Below, in pieces: positions 24,317-33,209 of a DNA stretch of 64,000 nt. Below the pieces are notes generated by a model. It saw only the letters and a program-made list of their open reading frames with translations. It searched no databases and was not told the DNA's origin. Location of the stretch: positions 1-64,000 of IMG/VR virus record IMGVR_UViG_3300044716_000973; one strand, given 5' to 3'. The position numbers and the translations under genes were made by a program. Within the stretch, counting starts at the first letter, position 1; each line of letters starts with the position of its first letter. This DNA is from a virus.

Positions 24317-26145
24317 TACGCAGCCAACTTATAATGAGCAAGATACTTTTCGATTCCATCACTACCAGGATAGTTTGGATTTATAACAGAGATAGATCCG
24401 GTTGGTGATGCTGACTTTAATGTTTGTGCAGCAGATGGTATGTTTGTAGCAGTAGACGCGGTTTTCTTTTCACCCATTGCAATTTGGTTTTGAATCTTAT
24501 TTGATTCTTCTGAAATAAGTTTTGCAAAATCTGGTCCGGTTGTAGTAAGATTTCTCGAAACACCAGGACCCACAATCTTGCCACCAATATGTCCAATAAA
24601 GTCAGCAATTGTTGTTAGCACTTTATCAGCGCCGGTTGCAATGTCTTCCATTTGAAACCCGCCTGAAGAAGAAGCTGGACCGGCTCCAGGCGCATAGTAT
24701 CCTTCTTGCTTAGCAATGGATTCCATCAATTTTGTTTTTTCACCCTGATTTAAATCAGTATATTTCTTATTAGGATCTATGCCAGCCGTTCCAATAACTT
24801 TTGATGCGTGCGTAGGATCTTCTGCCCACTGTCCTAGTGTTTGCCCAATTGGTCCACTTGAATATTTGTCACGACTTAATTGAGCATCCAAAGCAGCAAA
24901 TCCCGCGGCAGCCGTAGGAAACACTGCAACAGGAGGACCGTTTGTAGACGGAGAAGATCCTACTGCGCCTAGAGATATTGCAAGCGGACCATACATTATA
25001 TTCCCAGGATTGTTTGTACGCGCGGCTATAGTTCCTCCACGGCGTTCTGTAGTTCCATCAGAATATGTTACCGTGGTATATCCTCGACCGCCGTCAACTA
25101 CACCGGTGATAGTCTTGTCTTGAGATGTAGTGTTTGGTTGTGTTGCTGACGGAGCAGTACCATCAACTTTTTCTCCACCTTTTAATTCTTTAGCCATTGC
25201 ATCTGGCGTATATGCACTAGGATCTGCTTCTATTCTTTTTCTGGCTGCCTCAGAAGTACCACCTCTGTTATTAGGTCCATATGCCTCTAAAATATCTTTA
25301 TATTTTGAAGGTAGATTAGCTGCCTTATATGTTTTGCCATCTGGAAGAATATATCCTTCAGTCATACCCTGTTCATTAAGAACGGCTTTCATGCCGTATT
25401 GTTCTAAACCTTTGCGTGATTTATCTGCGTCATTATACGTATCTTTCATGAATTTGTCCATTCCCCATAATATAAGGAGCGAACTTCCTAAAGCGGCTAA
25501 CGCTGGTCCGGCCGCAATAGCATTAACTAAACCTACCAGACTTCTAATATTTTTTAAGAAAGAGAGACCACGTAACCATTTCCAAGCAGTAGAAAATGCT
25601 TTAATGGCTGCTTTAAAACCTTTGAATAATGCACTTAATCCGAGTTTAGCAAAGTTAGTAGCAAATCCTCCTAACACGCCTAGAAGAGTCGAAAGGATTC
25701 CTCCTTTTGATTGTTTTTCATTATCATTTGCTGCGCCGTATCTTTTTCCAAGATCATTGAATATACTATTCTGTTCGATCTTAGCTTCTCTTGCGGCAAG
25801 GGCATTTTCTTCGTAGACTTTTCTATCAAAGTCAATTTGCTTTTTCAGTGTTCCATTAATTGAAACCAGATACTTAACAACGTCTGACAGAAGCTTTTCA
25901 GTATTATCTGACTTTGCTTTGTACGAGCTTTTGGCGTTTGCTGCTGGTAAAGATCCACTGCCAGCAATACGCTGTTGGCCAGCACTTGCAGCCATTCCAA
26001 AGCTGGCATAGATTATATTTGAAGTTTGCTTTTTTGTTGACTGGTCTTTTGAAGAGAGTATAGTAGAGACTCCAGCCGCGATACCGCTAACTGCTTTTTC
26101 TCCGCCTGAAATAACACCTTTTACAGCGTCTAACAATCCCGCCAT
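24316..26145 (-). CDS. Tape-measure/hub-like virion protein with NNPGNI lysozyme-like domain
   Basis: Coiled coil, hydrophobic/amphipathic segments, RTNNPGNI...VFPTAAAGFAAL...IAKQEG; lies directly downstream of gp26/gp51. Confidence 0.7.
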   Translation of the reverse strand: MAGLLDAVKGVISGGEKAVSGIAAGVSTILSSKDQSTKKQTSNIIYASFGMAASAGQQRIAGSGSLPAANAKSSYKAKSDNTEKLLSDVVKYLVSINGTLKKQIDFDRKVYEENALAAREAKIEQNSIFNDLGKRYGAANDNEKQSKGGILSTLLGVLGGFATNFAKLGLSALFKGFKAAIKAFSTAWKWLRGLSFLKNIRSLVGLVNAIAAGPALAALGSSLLILWGMDKFMKDTYNDADKSRKGLEQYGMKAVLNEQGMTEGYILPDGKTYKAANLPSKYKDILEAYGPNNRGGTSEAARKRIEADPSAYTPDAMAKELKGGEKVDGTAPSATQPNTTSQDKTITGVVDGGRGYTTVTYSDGTTERRGGTIAARTNNPGNIMYGPLAISLGAVGSSPSTNGPPVAVFPTAAAGFAALDAQLSRDKYSSGPIGQTLGQWAEDPTHASKVIGTAGIDPNKKYTDLNQGEKTKLMESIAKQEGYYAPGAGPASSSGGFQMEDIATGADKVLTTIADFIGHIGGKIVGPGVSRNLTTTGPDFAKLISEESNKIQNQIAMGEKKTASTATNIPSAAQTLKSASPTGSISVINPNYPGSDGIEKYLAHYKLAA

Positions 26146-26327
26146 TATTTCTTTCTACTCTCTATTTCTTGTTTCTGCTTTTCTAAAAATTCCATTAACA
26201 TATCAACATATAGATCTCTTTCATATGGAATTAAGCTTTCAATCTCTGTAATAGAATATTTGTGATGCTGAGCCAAAGAGAATACCATTGAATAGTATCT
26301 TGCTAAGTCTGTATGACTCAGCCCCAC
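26145..26327 (-). CDS. gp51: Baseplate hub assembly protein gp51-like (possibly made as a -1 frameshift extension of gp26)
   Basis: LAQHHKYSITEIESLIPYERDLYV motif; no Shine-Dalgarno-led start seen. Confidence 0.85.
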   Translation of the reverse strand: MGLSHTDLARYYSMVFSLAQHHKYSITEIESLIPYERDLYVDMLMEFLEKQKQEIESRKK

Positions 26328-27025
26328 ATAAAAAAATCTTTGAGATTTGTTAACTCAATTTCCCTATCATTACCAAGAGAATTTTTGTACTTAATAGTAT
26401 GTTGAAGCTTTGGAATACTTTCAAAGAAACCTCTGATCTTTTCAAATGTCGAAACGTCTAAGTTATCTAAAAACTCAGAGATTTCTTTTTCAGAATAATC
26501 AGTTGCTGGATACACACTATCTGCGTCGTAAATAACATCAATACAATTTACAATAAAGAACGTCATGAGTTCTACTTCACTATTGATATCACCCATCTTA
26601 TCTGTAATATCAGCAGTAGGATATCTCATCATCATTCCTACATCATCTGTAATTTCAATCTTTGAATTTGCTTGCTCTGGTATATTTACTTCGATTTCAT
26701 CCAGATTGAGTTCAAAGTCATAAATCTTTTCATCTTCTGTATCTTTATATGATAGCTTAATGATGTTATTTACAGACTTGGCTCTGAGTTTTAAGAACAA
26801 ATATTCTAGATCGAAAATAGCTAGAGTGTCAATGTTCACTTCACTCTGAATACAGTTTCCAAGGATTTGTTTAATTGCTCTAATAATTTCTGCATCATTT
26901 CCACTCTGTTGAGCAATAAGCAGGATTTTTTCTTCTTTCACTAGGAACGGCCGAAATACAATTTTCTGCTGCGAAGATGGAATCACAACATCAAAAAGCG
27001 GCTGATCAATTTTTGGCAAAGTCAT
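26318..27025 (-). CDS. gp26: Baseplate hub assembly protein gp26
   Basis: MTLPKI, FRPFLVKEEKILL, FDLEYLFLKLRAKSV, FFESIPKL, LKDFF. Confidence 0.92.
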   Translation of the reverse strand: MTLPKIDQPLFDVVIPSSQQKIVFRPFLVKEEKILLIAQQSGNDAEIIRAIKQILGNCIQSEVNIDTLAIFDLEYLFLKLRAKSVNNIIKLSYKDTEDEKIYDFELNLDEIEVNIPEQANSKIEITDDVGMMMRYPTADITDKMGDINSEVELMTFFIVNCIDVIYDADSVYPATDYSEKEISEFLDNLDVSTFEKIRGFFESIPKLQHTIKYKNSLGNDREIELTNLKDFFMWG

Positions 27026-27040
27026 TTTATAAAGTCTCCA

Positions 27041-28066
27041 TTAAGGTGCAGGCGGACCGATTCTGGTCCCACTAAGATTTTTCGTGGTATTTGTTCCTAC
27101 CGAGTCATTTCCACTTATAGGTTTCGGCGGATTATTATTTGTAGCGTTTGGCGAAGAAGCACCGACAGAACTTTGTGGATTTTTCCCAGGACGTCGGCTA
27201 TAATCTTTCTTGCTTTTCTTTTTGTTTTCTTTTTCGGCTGCTGCAGCTTTTGCATCGGCCGCAACTTGCGCATCGACTGCTTCTTCGAGCTTTCCGTTCA
27301 AAGCACGAGGCGTAAGTGTTTGCATATTAGTAAATGCAAATGTTACGGTCAGTTTCTGTACTTCGTTTTCCTGTGCATATGCCAAATTTTGAGATTGAAT
27401 ATTCATAGGAAAAACATCATAAAGAATATATTCTGTTACAGTATATAGTTCTCTATCATATACGTGTATTCTAACAAGAGGACATGTATATTCATCTTTG
27501 TAACCAACTTCATAACCAAGGTAATCATTTAATCCAGGACGTGCATTGAGTTCTAACCCATCTCGTTCGGTAAAGAACATTTGACTGTTGCCTTTGGTTT
27601 CATAAAATACAATTGTATTCATCCACTGATAAAAGAATTCAATTAGTTCAGATCTTTTATCAACCAACCAAGTAAGAGTCAAATCATTAAATTGCATTCC
27701 ATATGGCACTTTTTCTACAGGACCATAACCGTATCTTCTAACATTTTCTTCTTCTAAAACTTGTACAGTTGGTAACACTGCTGATTCACAACGAAGAATT
27801 AATTTATCTGAATTATTTTTTACAAATTCTGTGAGTGGAACGTTTGCTTCAAATCCAAGTCTAAACGGAGCAAATGTTACCAAATAACTGTGTGTTGGTA
27901 ACATGTCATTTTTATTAATTTCAGCTTTAAAACTGTTAATATCAAATCTTCGCGTTTTTCTGGCAGTAACAATGATCTCATCATACGATTCTGTAATAGT
28001 AAACGGATCAGTTCTTAATGGCGCCGGTGGCGTTTTTGCTTCTTCATTTGATGGTGCTTCAGACAT
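27041..28066 (-). CDS. Tail-tube-fold protein (gp54/gp19-like tube initiator) with low-complexity C-terminal extension
   Basis: CESAVLP, YGPVEKVPYG, FFYQWMN, YKDEY, DVFPMNI, KLTVTFAF. Confidence 0.8.
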   Translation of the reverse strand: MSEAPSNEEAKTPPAPLRTDPFTITESYDEIIVTARKTRRFDINSFKAEINKNDMLPTHSYLVTFAPFRLGFEANVPLTEFVKNNSDKLILRCESAVLPTVQVLEEENVRRYGYGPVEKVPYGMQFNDLTLTWLVDKRSELIEFFYQWMNTIVFYETKGNSQMFFTERDGLELNARPGLNDYLGYEVGYKDEYTCPLVRIHVYDRELYTVTEYILYDVFPMNIQSQNLAYAQENEVQKLTVTFAFTNMQTLTPRALNGKLEEAVDAQVAADAKAAAAEKENKKKSKKDYSRRPGKNPQSSVGASSPNATNNNPPKPISGNDSVGTNTTKNLSGTRIGPPAP

Positions 28067-28665
28067 TACTTTCTAATCCCTAGCATTCTCTTCGAATCGT
28101 TCCATACCTGAGTCTTTGACTGCTTGGTAAAACGTTCGGTTGGTAAAAAGAGAGCAATGTCCCATTCAGAAGGGTACACATACATAAAGCGAGAACGTAC
28201 ATGCTCGTTAAGATAATGCTTCACACAAGGAGAGAAGAATCTCATCTTTGCAATACTTGTAAGAAGCTGATAGTTAAGTTTGATTTTTGTTGACTCGTCA
28301 TAGCGAGTGTTGTTGGCATAGTCATATAGACCATCCATTAACTTGGCTCTAAGTTGTGGTGGAAGATAGTGAAGGTTAAGACCATAGAATCCACCAGGTA
28401 CTTTACGAAATGGAAAGACCAGAGGGAATCTATCGTAGTAAGGAAGTTCATCCTTCCACTTTGGATCGTAGTTGAACATGTACATCGAACCAACGATTGG
28501 TGAAGTTGTTAGACGCGCCGAGTCACCTCTCATCAGTGTACGTTCATTTACATTACGCATTGCACCGGCTGTTTCACGAAACCAATCACGTGCACCTTGA
28601 GTACGCGCTGGAATCTGTCCAGAACGAACACCTTGTGTAATGATTGTATCAAATATAGTTGCCAC
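28066..28665 (-). CDS. gp2: DNA end protector protein gp2
   Basis: YDPKWKDELPYYDRFPL, GLNLHYL, CVKHYL, LPTERF. Confidence 0.93.
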   Translation of the reverse strand: MATIFDTIITQGVRSGQIPARTQGARDWFRETAGAMRNVNERTLMRGDSARLTTSPIVGSMYMFNYDPKWKDELPYYDRFPLVFPFRKVPGGFYGLNLHYLPPQLRAKLMDGLYDYANNTRYDESTKIKLNYQLLTSIAKMRFFSPCVKHYLNEHVRSRFMYVYPSEWDIALFLPTERFTKQSKTQVWNDSKRMLGIRK

Positions 28666-29105
28666 TAGAATTTTAGTCCCAAATGATCTTCTGTTAATAT
28701 TTCGAAATCCCAGCCACGATCTTTACAGAACGATGTAGCTGCTTTCCACTTGGCTTCATTTACGCCCCACGTCATCACTTCATTAATGTAACGTTTGTTT
28801 GGCTTATTTATTACAGCTGGCGGCCGTGTCTGTGCTTTCGGTTTAATCTCAATCAGTGCAGACTTTGTCTTGCCATCAGGCATCTTCTTCTTGATATAGA
28901 AGTCGACAAAGTAACGATGCATCCGATTATCAATCGGAGAACGATACGGAATCACATGTTCTTCACTGGACCATTCGACAATACTCGGATCTTTGTCTAA
29001 TCGAGACATGTAAACGAGCTCCCACCTTGAACGATACACTATGTTCGTGGGATCACCTCTGTATTTCGAAGGATTCAATGGTTTGAAAAAACCTTTATAA
29101 GCCAT
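28665..29105 (-). CDS. gp4: Head completion nuclease gp4
   Basis: MAYKGFFKPLNPSKYRGD, YRSRWE, WSSEE, HRYFVDF, EIKP, NEAKWKAA; start set at ATG 29105. Confidence 0.95.
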   Translation of the reverse strand: MAYKGFFKPLNPSKYRGDPTNIVYRSRWELVYMSRLDKDPSIVEWSSEEHVIPYRSPIDNRMHRYFVDFYIKKKMPDGKTKSALIEIKPKAQTRPPAVINKPNKRYINEVMTWGVNEAKWKAATSFCKDRGWDFEILTEDHLGLKF

Positions 29106-29110
29106 AGTTC

Positions 29111-29122
29111 TATTTATAAATA
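29111..29122. promoter_or_regulatory. Palindromic bidirectional late promoter TATTTATAAATA
   Basis: Reads TATAAATA on both strands between divergent gp4 and gp48. Confidence 0.8.
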
Positions 29123-29150
29123 AAGAAAGAACTTTCAAAGAAGAGAACAC

Positions 29151-30401
29151 ATGGCTATTATCAAGCTTAATAACGACGGATTGAGAAAAAGTAAAGGCAT
29201 TGCAAGCCGACTTATTGACAACGTCGTAAATAAAGTAGAACGAAAGCTCGAAAACGCAGTTGAAGATGCTTTTGGAAAAGCACTAAAGAAGATTGGACTG
29301 TCTGACAATATTGCGGGACAGCTTTCTGCTCGCTTTGGTGATGCGTTCTCTGTAGGTCAAGCTGATAGATTCTTTGGTACATCGACTTCTGAACAGAATA
29401 GAGTTTCTTCAAAGGATTGCGTAGATAATATATTAAATCGCCAAGCAGAAACTGTCGTAGATGCTCAACAGTCAATTACTAGCAAAGTTCAGTCAGATCC
29501 AGGATTGCTTCAATTCCCGCCTGACGTTGGCCCGTATTACATGCTTATGAAGTTTACAGAGTATGCTCGACCAAGCCCACAATCAGTAGCTACTCGCAAA
29601 GGCCTTAAAAACTTTATTCTTCCAGTTCCAAGAGAACTCAAAGAGCAATTTTCAAATAACATCGATCCAAAGGGTGTAGGTGTTGTAACCGGCGGCCTTG
29701 CAGATATTGGTACAGACGTTCTTCGAAGCGGAGGAAAAGATGGCGCTGGTGCTGAAGCTGGTAACCAATTAAAAGCAATTGCATATGCGGCTGCAGTTCA
29801 AACAATAGGAGACTTTGGAGATAGTCTTGCTCAATTTGGTGGCGCAGTTCCAAACCCGCATCTTCAAGCAATTTTTGGTGGTGTTCAAATGAGAACACAC
29901 AGTTTTCAGTGGACATTTTCTCCAAGAAATGCGATTGAAAGCAGACAACTTCAACAAATCATATATGAACTTAAGAAATATTCATTGCCAGCATTTAGTA
30001 ATCTCGGTACGGCATCTCTTCAATATCCACCATTAGTTGATATTGAATTGTATCCATGGAAAAAACTTGGTGAAGATTTAATTATTTTTAAGCCATGTTT
30101 AATCCAAAGTATTTCTGTAAACTACTCTCCACAAGGACTGCCATCATTTTTTAAGGGCACCAAACAACCAACATTCATTCAAATTTCAATTGACTTTATG
30201 GAAACTGAAATTCAGACTGCATATGATTATAGCACAAAGAAAGATGATAGATCTGATACTGCATCTGAAATATACAAGGAAGTAGCTGGATTTGCAACAA
30301 AAGAATTTCCAGAAATTTCTAATGTCGCAAGTAAAGCCGGTGGTTATATTAGTGGATTAGTGGATACCGCCGCGGCTGCTGCAGAAAAGGCTAATCGATA
30401 A
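29151..30401 (+). CDS. gp48: Baseplate tail tube cap gp48-like
   Basis: NPHLQAIFGGVQMRTHSFQWTFSPRNAIES, LQYP, ISVNYSP, IDFMETE. Confidence 0.85.
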   Translation: MAIIKLNNDGLRKSKGIASRLIDNVVNKVERKLENAVEDAFGKALKKIGLSDNIAGQLSARFGDAFSVGQADRFFGTSTSEQNRVSSKDCVDNILNRQAETVVDAQQSITSKVQSDPGLLQFPPDVGPYYMLMKFTEYARPSPQSVATRKGLKNFILPVPRELKEQFSNNIDPKGVGVVTGGLADIGTDVLRSGGKDGAGAEAGNQLKAIAYAAAVQTIGDFGDSLAQFGGAVPNPHLQAIFGGVQMRTHSFQWTFSPRNAIESRQLQQIIYELKKYSLPAFSNLGTASLQYPPLVDIELYPWKKLGEDLIIFKPCLIQSISVNYSPQGLPSFFKGTKQPTFIQISIDFMETEIQTAYDYSTKKDDRSDTASEIYKEVAGFATKEFPEISNVASKAGGYISGLVDTAAAAAEKANR

Positions 30402-31231
30402 TGTCTAGATATTTTTCAAGATTCCCTCTTGTAGATTATAATGGTACTCCTGCCAAAAACATTTTGGCACGGGTTGACTTCAGTGAAGAGACAAAGAGAG
30501 ATATCTATTCTAACTTTGATTACGTTATTCAAGATGATTTGATTCGCCCAGACTTTCTTTCATATACGTATTATGATTCATCACAATATGACTGGATGAT
30601 CTATCTTTCTAATAATATTATAGATCCTTATCATGACTATTATTTGAGCACAGACGATTTCAAAAAATATATCATTGGAAAGTATGGCACCGTTGAATCG
30701 GCAAGAGAGAAGATTCTATTTTATAGAAACGATTGGACATCAGACGAAAGTGTGATTACAGAATCGATTTACAACTCTCTTGATCCCGCAATTAAGAAAT
30801 ATTGGAAACCAACGTTAAATGCAAACAACCAAATCTCTGGATACGAACGTGCAAAAGAAGATTGGGTTGTAAGTACAAATAAAATTTTGGAATTGGTTTT
30901 AACTGCTAATGTTACAGCATTTGATGTTGGAGATATTATATCTCAAACGGCTACGGGCGCTTATGCTACGATTGTTGCAAAAGACACTGTTAGAAACTCG
31001 GTTATTGTGCAACATGTTGAAGACGACTTTGAGGTAAATGTAAGCCAAGGTCTGTTAGAGGTAAATGTTCTTAAGGTGAATATTCCAAACACAGAAACTA
31101 GTTTCTGGAGTAAGGTAACTGCTTATGATGATGAGCAAGAAAAGAATGAACTAAAAAGATATGTAAATCTTATTAAGAAGTCTTATCTTCCAGAAGTAGA
31201 AAAACTGTTTGTAGAGTTACTTAACCCATGA
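30401..31231 (+). CDS. gp53: Baseplate wedge subunit gp53
   Basis: YFSRFP, RPDFLSYTYY, WMIYLSNNIIDP, NELKRYVNLIK. Confidence 0.9.
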   Translation: MSRYFSRFPLVDYNGTPAKNILARVDFSEETKRDIYSNFDYVIQDDLIRPDFLSYTYYDSSQYDWMIYLSNNIIDPYHDYYLSTDDFKKYIIGKYGTVESAREKILFYRNDWTSDESVITESIYNSLDPAIKKYWKPTLNANNQISGYERAKEDWVVSTNKILELVLTANVTAFDVGDIISQTATGAYATIVAKDTVRNSVIVQHVEDDFEVNVSQGLLEVNVLKVNIPNTETSFWSKVTAYDDEQEKNELKRYVNLIKKSYLPEVEKLFVELLNP

Positions 31232-32505
31232 GTTCAAATGTAACGATGAGAGAGGGTAAGTTTAAACTTAGTACGTTTGAGCTTACTACACCAATTGATT
31301 GTAGAACTTTAAAACTGGCGCCATACTGTGCTAGAGCTGACATTTACGAAAGTGTCTTAGAACCAACTGTTGTTGCTGAATTTATTATTGTTGATAAAGT
31401 TGGTATGTTCAATCGCTTCAATTTTCTTGAACAGCGTATTAATATTGACTTTACCACATACGAAGACAATAAAAGCGCAAACGTAAAATATACACTATAT
31501 CCTATTGAAGTTGATCCGGCAGAAACACTACCAGACGATAAAGGGATTACATATAAAATTACGTGCGTTTCTCGTGAAGCAATTAAATCTACACAGATTA
31601 AAAACATTCCTTTGGTAAGAAAAAAGATCGAAAGTGAAACTATTATTAATGCTCTTTTGCAGCTAGTGGAAACTGATAAGAATTACTTCTTTGAAAAAAC
31701 CCTAGGTTTGCAGGCATGCAACTTCACTGAACTTACTCCATTCGAGGCGATCGATCAGATCAGACTTAAGTCAATGTCTGCTCAATATAGTGGTCACTGC
31801 TTCCTGTTTTATGAAAACAGTAAAGGGTATCATTTTAAAACCTTTGAAAGTTTGATTGATGAAGGAAAGAAGAAGATTGGTGATAAGTATTATACTCAAG
31901 TTGCTCTAGCAGATGTCTCGGTAACTGGTTCTCGTTGGAGAAACATCCTTGGATTAAAAGCGATCCAGACAGGTAATCAGAACGTTACCAGAATGCTTGG
32001 TGGTAAAGTTCTAATTAAAAGAAAGAATGTTATCACTGGTCAAATTGATCCGTACACCATTGACTCTTCGAAAATAGAGTTTGTTTCTTTGAATAAAGGT
32101 TCTATTAGCCAGAACCTAACGTCACAGAAAGAGCTTTCAAAGGACGAAGGCAGAATTGAAATCACGTATTTCGATCCATCTGTTGAAACAGCAGACCAAG
32201 CAGAAGCAAAAGTATTAAGACCATATTATCTTTCTTTTCTTTTTAATACGGTTGCTCATATTACAGTATATGGCGACACCACAGTTACAATTGGTGACGT
32301 AATTACATGCGATATTCCAGAGCATACTGGTCTTACTCTTGGTGAAGAAAGACCATACGTTGAAAGCAATGAAATTCTTGCCGGTAATTATTTGATAACT
32401 AAGTGCCGACATATTCTTTCTTTCAATGAAGGTGCTGAATATATGCAAGCACTCGAAATTGTAAAAGATGGTTACGGTGGTACTCCGCCTAGACCAACGA
32501 AATAG
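31228..32505 (+). CDS. Baseplate hub protein (gp27-like)
   Basis: IYES, FLFYENSKGYHF, GDTTVTIGDVI, GNYLITKCRH; lies between gp53 and gp5. Confidence 0.7.
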   Translation: MSSNVTMREGKFKLSTFELTTPIDCRTLKLAPYCARADIYESVLEPTVVAEFIIVDKVGMFNRFNFLEQRINIDFTTYEDNKSANVKYTLYPIEVDPAETLPDDKGITYKITCVSREAIKSTQIKNIPLVRKKIESETIINALLQLVETDKNYFFEKTLGLQACNFTELTPFEAIDQIRLKSMSAQYSGHCFLFYENSKGYHFKTFESLIDEGKKKIGDKYYTQVALADVSVTGSRWRNILGLKAIQTGNQNVTRMLGGKVLIKRKNVITGQIDPYTIDSSKIEFVSLNKGSISQNLTSQKELSKDEGRIEITYFDPSVETADQAEAKVLRPYYLSFLFNTVAHITVYGDTTVTIGDVITCDIPEHTGLTLGEERPYVESNEILAGNYLITKCRHILSFNEGAEYMQALEIVKDGYGGTPPRPTK

Positions 32506-32513
32506 GAGATATT

Positions 32514-33209
32514 ATGAATATTCAAAAGTGGTTTGAAGGCGAAATTGTTGATGTTGACGATCCAGAAAAGCTAGGTCGCGTCAAAGTAAGAGAAACGCTC
32601 GGTCATAGCAACAGAGTAGACCCAGAAGATCTCTTTTGGTCTCACGTTCTTATGCCACCAACAGGTGCAAATGCAAAAGGAACTGGTGTTTCTCCAGTCG
32701 GCTTAACAGAAGATTCTAAAGTAATTGGATTTAGAATTAATGAAACTCTTTCTTATGTAATAGGATCTGTTGCTTATGTTCCTAACGATGCAGATCATTC
32801 CGTTTCGAGACAGGCTCGTGGCGTTGGGCCTGTAAAGAAAGATTATATTGAAGAGCTCGGTGAAAAGAAGACCGAGTATGATGCAAAATATCCACACAAC
32901 AAAACAATTACTACATCCTCAGGACATGTACTCGAACTTGATGATACACCTAAGGCTGAACGTATCCATGTATACCATACATCTGGTTCGTACGTAGAGA
33001 TCTTTCCAGATGGATCGATCATTACTAAATCTATGGAAGATTCTGTAAGTGTAACTATGAAAGATCACGCTATCAGTGTTGTAAAGGGTGATCTTCAGAT
33101 TGTTGCCAATGAAGGTATGATTGAAATTACGTCTGATAAAGACATCAATCTTGTTTCAAAGTCTGGAGTAGTAAACATCCGAGGTGCCGTAATTGGGCTG
33201 AATGGATAA
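32514..33209 (+). CDS. gp5: Baseplate central spike gp5 (OB fold and short beta-helix, no lysozyme domain)
   Basis: DDPEKLGRVKVR, YPHNK..TSSGHVLELDDTP..ERIHVYHTSGSY. Confidence 0.9.
   Translation: MNIQKWFEGEIVDVDDPEKLGRVKVRETLGHSNRVDPEDLFWSHVLMPPTGANAKGTGVSPVGLTEDSKVIGFRINETLSYVIGSVAYVPNDADHSVSRQARGVGPVKKDYIEELGEKKTEYDAKYPHNKTITTSSGHVLELDDTPKAERIHVYHTSGSYVEIFPDGSIITKSMEDSVSVTMKDHAISVVKGDLQIVANEGMIEITSDKDINLVSKSGVVNIRGAVIGLNG

Noticed and set aside
29106-29150. N-terminal extension of gp4 given in the ORF track
   Set aside because: Homology starts at MAYKG (29105); the extension spans the late promoter and the gp48 RBS.
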